From contig NIVC01004877.1 in the NCBI GenBank assembly GCA_002269645.1, positions 1-32,586 of the forward strand: 32,586 bases of DNA. The letters are read 5' to 3'. The stretch is from Macrostomum lignano (lineage: Eukaryota). The notes beneath the pieces are model-generated. The model was given only the letters and a program-made list of their open reading frames with translations, did not search any database and had not been told where the DNA came from. The position numbers were made by a program, and so were the translations under genes. Position 1 is the stretch's first letter; each line of letters opens with the position of its first letter. Of the stretch, positions 1 to 16,965 are shown piece after piece.

Positions 1-221
1 CCAAAGGAACACTTCCTACTCAGACCTACCTGCAAGGTTGGTAAAGGTCTTACGGTAACAAAAGTTCTTTGAATTCTAAGAACTTTCAAAATATTTAATA
101 TACGAATCCATGCAGTAATAACCAAAAAAATCCTGAGATTGCCATGTGGCATCAATAAAGATTTATAAAACACTGCAAAGTTTAAAGAGAGCTTGTTTTG
201 TTCTAGTTTTTAATTAACCAA

Positions 222-392
222 GGGGTTGTGGCCTAGTGGTTCCAGCGTCGGACTCACCACTGAAAGGTCGGGGGTTCGATTCCGATCGCATTGATTTGGG
301 ATTTTTGTCCTTGAACAAGACACTTGACTATGCATTGCTTCAGTTAAAACACAGCTGTAGAATGGTGTTAATTGTGGGTGTGTGGCGACCCA
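222..392 (+). mobile_element. tRNA-derived SINE with CORE-like central domain
   Basis: Pol III A box TGGCCTAGTGG (229-239) and B box GGTTCGATTCC (273-283). Then TGTCCTTGAACAAGACACTTGAC...GCTTCAGTT...AGCTGTAGAATGG (305-365), resembling the CORE-SINE/MIR core. No acceptor-stem pairing, so not a tRNA gene. Confidence 0.7.
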
Positions 393-424
393 CACATACG
401 AGTATTCCATTTAATGCATTGCAG

Positions 425-605
425 CAGCTTCCTCCATCGAACTGCTTCAATCAGTCCTGAACGCTGCGGTACCCGAAACTGCTAGCAACATATTCCAACT
501 GAATTCAATGGAGGCCGGCGATGGCGACTTTGCAATTGTTGAGCGATTAAATCAAATCAAATCCGCCGGTGTTAATTTTGTAATTGTGGTTGCAAATGAA
601 GCCTC
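425..605 (+). CDS. putative upstream exon of the ionotropic receptor (amino-terminal domain)
   Basis: Open frame ASSIELLQSVLNAAVPETASNIFQLNSMEAGDGDFAIVERLNQIKSAGVNFVIVVANEAS after TTGCAG and ending at a possible GTAATG donor. It resembles a periplasmic-binding-fold strand/helix pattern. Its phase connection to exon 1479 is unresolved. Confidence 0.4.
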
Positions 606-1152
606 GTAATGGAGGTTATACGGTTGGTAAGCCACTCTAAATTCATTTGTAAACAGACTTAAATAGTGTAAACGTGGATATTCTAGTGCTAGAATGACAG
701 TTTCATTAAAATTACCTCTATTTTGATGCTTTTAATAAATATTTTAGGCTTGGAGAAAGCCATCAGAGAAGGCAGAACCATTATAGTTGCAGTGTAACAA
801 AATTCATCGTGCATCACGGATAAGGAATCATAAATCATCTCGATTTCTAAATGCCTGTGTCAGTATCGACAGAGTATCTCTATGTTTACATAGAAAAATG
901 TACTTTTGCTAATTTTGATACTTCTAAAAATATTTGATGCTTTCGTAGACGAATGAAGCCAAATTAACTACTTATTTTTGTTTTTCGCTTTAACTTGGTA
1001 GTGGGAAAAATATGACAACAATCATTTCTGTATTGACATGTCACAATCAGCATCTAATGAGTGCATACCAAGTACACATGTGCTCTTATATGAATGATAT
1101 GAATATGAGTACGTCTAAAAGTAGTAGGTTCAATTAGGCTGGTTGTAAATAT

Positions 1153-1462
1153 CACCAGCACGCCGACAAAACCAACACACCAACCACCAACCCACCAACA
1201 CCCGACATACCAACACACCAACTCACCAACACACCAACACACCGACATACCAACACACCAACTCACCAACACACTGACATGCTAACACACTAACCCACCA
1301 ACACACCAATTAACCAACACACACACTAACACACCGACACACCAAAGCACCAACACCAACCCCAAAATACCAACACACCAACACACCAACACACCGACAC
1401 ACTAACACACCAACCCAACAATACACCAACCTACAAACTCAACCCACAAACTCAACCCACAC
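1153..1462. repeat. degenerate (ACCAAC/ACACCA)n low-complexity repeat, intronic
   Basis: Repeated accaacac/accgacac units. Confidence 0.85.
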
Positions 1463-1478
1463 AATAACTAACCTCCAG

Positions 1479-9638
<8,160 letters not shown>

Positions 9639-10625
9639 TTTTTATTCTATTTGTAGCCAGTTGTAAAACATAGCTACCAAGGTAACCGTTACGTGTTGCC
9701 TACAAATTTCGATAATTTTAACTGACTCTCTTTCCGTTATTATTTTTAATATTAAAGTGCTTATATTTTACAGAAATTTGTAAACAGTTTTCAACCCTGT
9801 TGTGTGGCGAAAAAACTGTTTATGTAAAAATTCAAAGTTATAATTTTCTACATGTTAACGTAACTGTGATTCCGGAAAATTTTCATAGAAATTCAATCTA
9901 TTGCCGCACATGTGAAAGATTTTTACAAATTTATTTTTATACATATTAGAGATTATAGTCCGTGTTGCATAACACGGACAAAAAATTGTACGAAACGCAG
10001 CCCGCATTTCTAAAGTCATATCTGGCACATCTTATTAAAAAATTTTGTGTCCTATTAAAATTTTCTCATCGAGCGCGATTCGATTTGTATTTGATGTCAT
10101 GGACATTGTGGCAACTGATATAGAAGATTGGTTCTTGTACAATATTGCATGAGCGTTGTGATTGCAGTATAAATAGTAAATAAACGTTATTACTATTGGA
10201 AGTCAGAAATAAACGATGCCACGTTAAAAAATAGTTTGGCAAGAATTGGCGCATAGACTTAATTATAACATGTAGTATCTACAAGAATTATGGCTGATAT
10301 CCGATAAAAAAAATATTTTAATAATCTGCAGTGGTCTTTACAATGTGTTGTACATGTACATGTATATGATAGTCGAGCGAGAGATTGCGTCGAACACTGA
10401 GTCGGTCCCGTCCCTACAACTCGAAAGTTCCCGAAGGCGGTGTTCCCTAGAAATTTAAGCGGAGGCAGCTTAGCTGCTTCTAAAAGGAGCGCGGCAGAGC
10501 GGCCGAGGGTTTACTAGAGTTAGTATTGTGTACTTAAGAGTTGACATGTGACTTGTCAGGGCAGGTTCAACCGACGCGTTCTCCCTCGAGCCACATTCCA
10601 ACACATAGTTATATTTACCACCCAC

Positions 10626-11015
10626 TTTGACTTGACTTAGCTGCAGGGGGCTCCGTGCGTCCGGAAACAGCGAGGAGGCGTTGCCGCCCATTTCGCTAGC
10701 CCCTGGCGACCACGGGCAGCTAGTGCTGCGGTGTCGCGCAGGGAGTTCCGGTGGTGCCGGTGTCCGCAGCGCGGTCCCCCTCCGAGAGTCCAGGAGGTGG
10801 ATTGTCGCTCGCCCGGTAGCCCTTAGGTAGCGGACGAGCTGGCAGAGATTCTAGGGCCTGAAAACGTCGGAGAGGTCCGGGTTTGGGCCGAGGTAGGTGA
10901 GCCTGTCCTGAGTAAAGGCGGGGCATTCACAGATGAAGTGCTCCGCATTCTCGACACCGGAGAGGCAGAATGGGCATTCCTCACTGCGGATTTTCCCCTG
11001 GAGGTGACGATGCCA
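10626..11015 (-). mobile_element. 5'-truncated non-LTR retrotransposon 3' end (ORF2 C-terminal zinc knuckle, 3' UTR, short tandem tail)
   Basis: Minus-strand CPFCLSGVENAEHFICECPAFTQDRLTYLG...DVFRP*NLCQLVRYLRATGR matches the CxxC..E..H...CP knuckle typical of LINE ORF2 ends, with one in-frame stop. TAAGTCAAGTCAAA tail at 10626-10640. Confidence 0.7.
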
Positions 11016-12375
11016 CCCACAACCCCACCCCAAACCTCTAGGGTTTGGGGTTTGGACCCACAGCCATTTCTCGGCTGCCGATTGGCTGGCAAGAGCACGT
11101 ACACAAAGAACCAATCACAACTGGGTAATGGGGGACGCTAGGCGGGCAGCTCAGCCAATCACGCAGGGGGAGGGGTGGGGCGGTGCTCGTAAAGTCTTCA
11201 TCTTCAGACAAAGCTGGGGGTGGCAGCTGACGTGAAGAAAGGTGCAATGACAGGTGCACCCGCACTGAAAGCTGAATATATCGCTCAACAGTGCAAGTGC
11301 ACGCCGGCACAACAATAATTAATAAATCTCTTCACAACTGGCATGAATCTTATGAGGTTTCGGTCCATTGTGTCAGCTGGACTGGTTCTTCGAATGGATC
11401 GAAATGTTGACAGCTGCGACCTTAACCGCTAAAAATATACTCGTATATTCGTTTTAATTCGACTCAATTCTTGCCGAGGAACCATGCTCAGAATGACAGG
11501 GCGCGGCCATAAATCATCAAATTTTGATGGGAGTCCTAAATCGTCATCAAAATATACCTCTCTGATAATATCGGGGATGATGGAGAGAGAGAGCAGTGGG
11601 ATCATCAGTCTGGGGCTAATCAGAACAGATGTGATTCCGGTATAACAAATCACGTGTCATGCAGTTTGGATGCTATAAATTCTAAACTGCTATGGAAATC
11701 AGGCAACTTTATGTAACCTTCCGGAAACGCGTCTCGGTTTTCCACGAGCGACGACCTTGAGGATCGAGAGCTGTACATGTATATTAACGGCCCTGGCATC
11801 CTGATTTTTGCCATTCTCCTACATTGCGACATCATCCCCATCGAGTGACATCGCCAGTACATTTAAAAGTTTTCATCTTCGGCTTCAACGGCTTGTTATT
11901 AGAATCATTGGGAGTTGGTGCTTGCATGGTCTCAGGATTCCTAGGCTATCGTCAGCCTGAGCATCTATCTGACTGGCTGGGGTTAGAATTGAAGCTATTT
12001 GAATTGGAACGTGCTTTACCTGGGAGCTTGATCTAATTATCTTTCCCTGTGTTTATGTAGCTTTTAACTTTTAATACTAAAAGTACATGTAGTAGCTTGT
12101 TTTCCCGGAACCACGCTTCCGGGAAACTACGTCGGTGGCTGATCATCTGACATGAGTGCAGATCAAGGCCAGAGAGCGCTCAGTGTTTCATTTAAGCATC
12201 TCTCTGAGGCCCGATTAAGCCTCCGATTAATGGCCTATAATAAAGCCTATAATAAATAATATAGTATAATTTTACCCCTCCACGTGTATATATTTAAATA
12301 CTTATATCAGTCGATAGAACATAGGCGTCAATTGGGAGTCTCTTCTGCAATAACGTGAATTATTATTTGCTCTAG

Positions 12376-12674
12376 CAGGGGCGTCGCCACCGGGGGGACA
12401 GCAGGGGGGACATGCCCCCCCCCCTGAGTTATTGCTATAGGGGACATGCCATGCCATGCTTTGTCCCCCCCCCCCGTGATCCGTTCATGGAAATCAATAA
12501 ATTTTCCTTTAGGGCGACGATATACATACATAGCGCCTGCGCCGCTAAAATGAGTGCCTGTGGCCTCAGAATGAGCGCTGAAAACATTAAAATATTCTAA
12601 AAAATTACAATTAGGAATTTAGTCATATACACGTAAAAATTCTTGGCTTTGTCTTCCCCCCCCCCACTATAGAA
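12376..12674 (+). mobile_element. MITE-like element left arm (CAGGGGCGTCGCCA terminus, G/C-tract subterminal repeats)
   Basis: Starts CAGGGGCGTCGCCACCGGGGGGACA, with internal TGTCCCCCC-type inverted tracts. A possible displaced right end TGGCGACCCCT lies at 15064-15074. Confidence 0.45.
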
Positions 12675-15048
12675 GGCTTCCAGCTAATTCGGCGACAATT
12701 GCTAATTCGGCGCGGCGAATGCTGAAGTATGAGGACGCACTTTTTTCCAAATCCCGCGCTAGCACATGGGCTCTAAACTTACTTGCCTACTAACAGTGGG
12801 CAATGGGCATTTTTATCCTTTTTCTGCGAATTTTCATAGAATCTATACTAGATATAATGTCTGGTCATACTAGTAGTCATAATAACATAGGCGCAGCTTT
12901 TTGGGTCATAAATCATCGCTTTCGAAGCTGGTCTGACAGCCACCTGCACCTCACTCAGTGTTGAGGCGGGCGCCAGATGGTCTGAGAGGATGCGGGCGGT
13001 AGCTTTTTTCTCATCATTTTGACAGGCCGTCAAGATTTATGAGGTCAGAGCCTATTGTTCGTGTTCACTCAAGCGTGTGACAGCTTTGACAGCTATGCGT
13101 TTTACCCCTAAAAGTACCTTTGGATTAGCGATTAGCAATTTCTCTTCATTATCTTCACTTTCTATTTAATAAGAGCTTTCTAATGTATAGTTTTTCATTA
13201 ATTTCTGTCAATCCTACGCGAAAAGTCATAAATCATTTTGTTGCGATTTTGATTGATTTATGGCCGCACCTGTCATATTTTTACGACCCTGTGGGAACTG
13301 ATAGGATTTCCCGGTCACGTGATTCTGGGTAGCAACCAGCTTAACCAATCAGAAAATTCGGCGCTCATTTTAACAAATCGGCTCAGCCAATCAGAATCGA
13401 CGTGTTCCATTATAACAAACTGCGGTCCAGTTGGCGGCTATTTAAACCGGTGTTTTTGGCCCGCTCGGACTGCAACTTGCTCGGACTCCGACTTGCTCGG
13501 GCCCAGCATTCAACTCCTGGTTCCCGGAGCGCGACCGTCGTTTCTTGATCCCGGATTTGCGACTTCCCCCATCACCATCAAGGACGAATCCCCCGGTCAT
13601 CAGCAGCAACATCAAACGAAGAGCATCACCTGCTAGCTATCTGCGAAGATCGTGACAGCATCATCCCGAGTCTACAGCTGCAGAGCATCAAGCCGATTCG
13701 GTCACTGTGGATTACCTGGTCTCCGGCTGTTGAGTTTCTGATTGGTTGGGTGAGAGGCTACCTGGACTTGCTTGATTGGGTGATCCCTTATCTGTCCCCT
13801 GTTTCAGTAGCTGAATTAGGCGCACACTTTTGCTCACTTTGTTCAGTAGTGTTATTGCTGAGGCAGAAGTCATTCAATACTACTGCTAGTAGTCTAAACT
13901 CCAATTCAATCTGAAGTGTGAAGTGATCTAAGGAGAAGGTTAAATCTAACAGTTATTTTTATCGGTTTTATTTCTTTGTTCGCCGATGGCTCAGATGAGT
14001 AGCTAAGCTAGTAGGCGCCGGTCACAGTGGACCAATGGCAAGGCAGTTCTCAGTCGATCAATCTATCAAATCAATGAGCAAAATTGCCAATAGTGCAAAA
14101 TCGGCGCCAGAGATGTACTTTGTGCACTCTAGGTTCGCCAAGCGGCTCGGGTGATGAATCATGCGGTCTCTGAAGTTCGAGTTAGCCTATCATCAGCGCT
14201 ATGAGAGGCTAGTTGGAGCGTTGAAGGCCAAAAGTACAATTCTTCGTATTTAGCAATGTAATAGTACATGTAGCTACCCCATAGTCTCGCCACTGCAAGA
14301 ATCCCCTGCACAAGTCCCCTCTGTACCTGCATGGCCAATGCGATCTAGTCCCAGCAGTGTCCCTTATCATCGGCTATGACTTCGAGATTGACAGCATAAA
14401 GACACTAGTTGGCAGGTAAGTGCTAAGCCCCCTCTAGTCGGAAGCCCGATTTCGAGAGTCCCGGTTTGGTGAGCCAGGGCGCGCGGCAGCAAGTTAATTG
14501 ATCTGCGGATTAGCTAATTTCTACTTTCAAAATTCTCCCTGCTCGTCTCTCGCTGTCCCTCTCTTAGCTATAGGACCTAGGCTGCTCGCCACACGATCAA
14601 GCTACCATGGGGCTGATTATCTGACAGGAGTGGGGGGCCAGGACTCTAATTTATTTATTTCTGAGACCTGAGGCCCGAAGGCTTCCCCACAAGGGGGCCA
14701 GAAGGTCGAAACCCATAATATATAGAAAGCTAAAGTATGCTGAATATATATATATATGCTGTCGTGTGACTTTAGCTTTATTTGATAGCCGCGTTGTAAA
14801 TGAGCCTTTGAGTGGAACGCAGTTCATTGTGCATGTACATGTACATATGATATACAATGCATACATGCAGCACATCCTACACTTTCGCAGCAAAAGGTTA
14901 CCGTGACTTGTATTATTTTAGAATCGGAGTAAACATGCGAACTCAACGCAATGGATTACAAATTACCGCCCTGTTTTAACCGCCCCTCATATGTCGTTGA
15001 ACTGACTGTCGCCGAATTGACTTGTCGCCGAATTGGTTGTCGGTTCAC
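12675..15048. mobile_element. non-autonomous element with imperfect subterminal inverted repeats, bounded by the 8-bp direct repeat CTATAGAA
   Basis: AATTCGGCG(ACAA) twice at 12686-12712, and its reverse complement (T)TGTCGCCGAATT twice at 15007-15034. CTATAGAA at 12667-12674 and 15049-15056. Confidence 0.45.
13314..13446 (+). promoter_or_regulatory. Pol II promoter-like module (E-box, two CCAAT boxes, TATA-like)
   Basis: GTCACGTGA 13314-13322, AACCAATCAG 13343, AGCCAATCAG 13385, TATTTAAA 13439-13446. Confidence 0.4.
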
Positions 15049-16529
15049 CTATAGAATCCTGTGTGGCGACCCCTTTACGCGCGCGGCCCTCATGCAGTGC
15101 TGCATGTGAATGCAAAGCAGCACTTAATGCAAAGCATACGTAATATTCCTAATTAACACCATGCAATAAAGGTTTTGCTTAATTTTGATGCCTTTTTTGA
15201 GCTTTACAAGAAGTACAGTGTACCTGCTTTTATTAAATGTGGTTTCCAGTGACTTTATTTCCAAAGCACAGTAGTTAATATTTTTGTGACAAGAAAACTA
15301 AAGTTAGGACCTCCTGAATTTTCACGGACAAGCGCAACCCGAAAAAGTCATTAGCAGAAGTCTCTACCTTGATGATTTGTTTAAATCGATAAATGTTTCA
15401 TGTTAAACTTCGCGCCTATTTCGAACGCAATAAATTAATTCTAATGTACACTACATACTAGATACATCATCAATCAGAACTTTAGCTCTCTACGCTACGC
15501 TAGCGGAATATGCTGCGCTCGCCCCGTTTTCAGACTGCCTTGCAGTAGGCCCAGCTCTCTCCGTAGTCAGTGGGGCCGGGTCAATCCTGTGTAGGCCTAG
15601 CCAGCTCATCGCAGTCGCAGTTTGTCCTTTGTTATTTCTCGATGGTCGATGCTCGATTATGGATTTTGAGACTGAGTTTTCCACTGACGCCTAACGCCAC
15701 TCACGCCAGTGTGGTTAAGCTTCCACTCCAAAAAGCGTTATTTACTTAATGTATTGAGCTATATTGCTAGAACAGCATTTCAACTTTACTCTGATTGCAG
15801 AAGATAGATTCAAAAATGGGTCGTAAATTAAGGGTAGGCCTACCACTAGGCCTATTCCTACGTACGTGATTAGGCCCCTAGTTGCACATCATACAGAGTT
15901 CCATTGTAGAAGGTGCATGTGAAATTGTTGTCGCTAAACATGACACCCATCGAAGCGTCAACATTAGTGACTCCAACAGGGGGCTGCAGCACCATGTCGC
16001 CTACCACGTCTACATAATCAAAGCTATTTTTCACAAGTCTGACTTTGACTTCTGAAATTGCACTGACCTGGCCCATGTGACATTTTTGTGATTGTGACAT
16101 TTATATTTTGTATTTGTATATTTCAAAAATTTTGGCAAAAGATTTATTAGGCTAAACTGGACTTATCTCATGACATTGGGACTAAATTATAGCATAGGCC
16201 AAATAAATAGGTCTTAGGCCCTATTGAACAAGCTATTAGACAATTGTTATTAAAATAATAATAACTGATATTGATAAAAAATAAATTGACATGTTGCTTT
16301 ATTTTATTATATAGATTAGGCCTAGATACTTAGGCCAAGGCGATTTTTATCATTAGGCCTAACTTTGCACAAAAATCATAGAATTAAAAATATTTATGGG
16401 AGATATCAACTAAACAAGAACAAGATTAGGCAATTTCTAGTTTTACAAATTTAAATATTTTCTGTTTAAAATCGTATTTTCCAAACATTAGTTTGAAATA
16501 AGCAGCAGAACAAGTTAAAAACTGGTAGC

Positions 16530-16965
16530 CTAGTTAAATATCAATAAAAGTTTGGTTTTGGTTAGGGATAGTGACCATCATGCAGCGAGTCAACCCATAC
16601 TCTGCTATGCCTAAGCCTAGAACCCACTTACTGGGCTAGTAGGCTTCCTAATGATATTTTCAATAGAAAAAAAAATATGACTTATTGATCTCAACGTCAA
16701 CTTCAGGGCCTCTAAGCTACATTAAGGTGGTCTTCTAGATACTGGAGCAGATATCATGCATAAAGTTTTGCCAGTCAGTGACAGTCTATTTGGCCACCCT
16801 ACATTGCCGCTTGATGGTTATCCCTTTCGCTTCTTTAGCCCACCAATAGATTAGGTTGATCAGCTATATCAGGCTAAAGTGGCTAGCCTAAAAAAATGAC
16901 CCCTTGCAAATAAAGGCCTAGACCCTGCACTTTTCACAAAGAGGCAAGCCCAGGCAACACTGTCA
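16530..16965 (-). pseudogene. decayed Merlin / IS1595(ISXO2)-like transposase fragment
   Basis: Minus-strand translation across stops and frameshifts: DSVAWAC...ARGHFF...NLIYWW...TVTDWQNFMHDIC...LRGPEVDVEINKS...KYH...WVLG. This follows the ISXO2-like order DG.WrC/R.gsfF/TvvDW.nF.Re.C/GGpg..VEIDES/rKyhrG/WVfG. Confidence 0.7.

Noticed and set aside
222-293. tRNA gene
   Set aside because: A and B boxes are present, but the acceptor and anticodon stems do not pair and the sequence continues into a CORE-like SINE body.
13271-14626. solo LTR (TGTCA...TGACA)
   Set aside because: The termini are inverted 5-mers, but the flanks GCACC and GGAGT do not form a TSD and no PBS/PPT or second LTR is visible.
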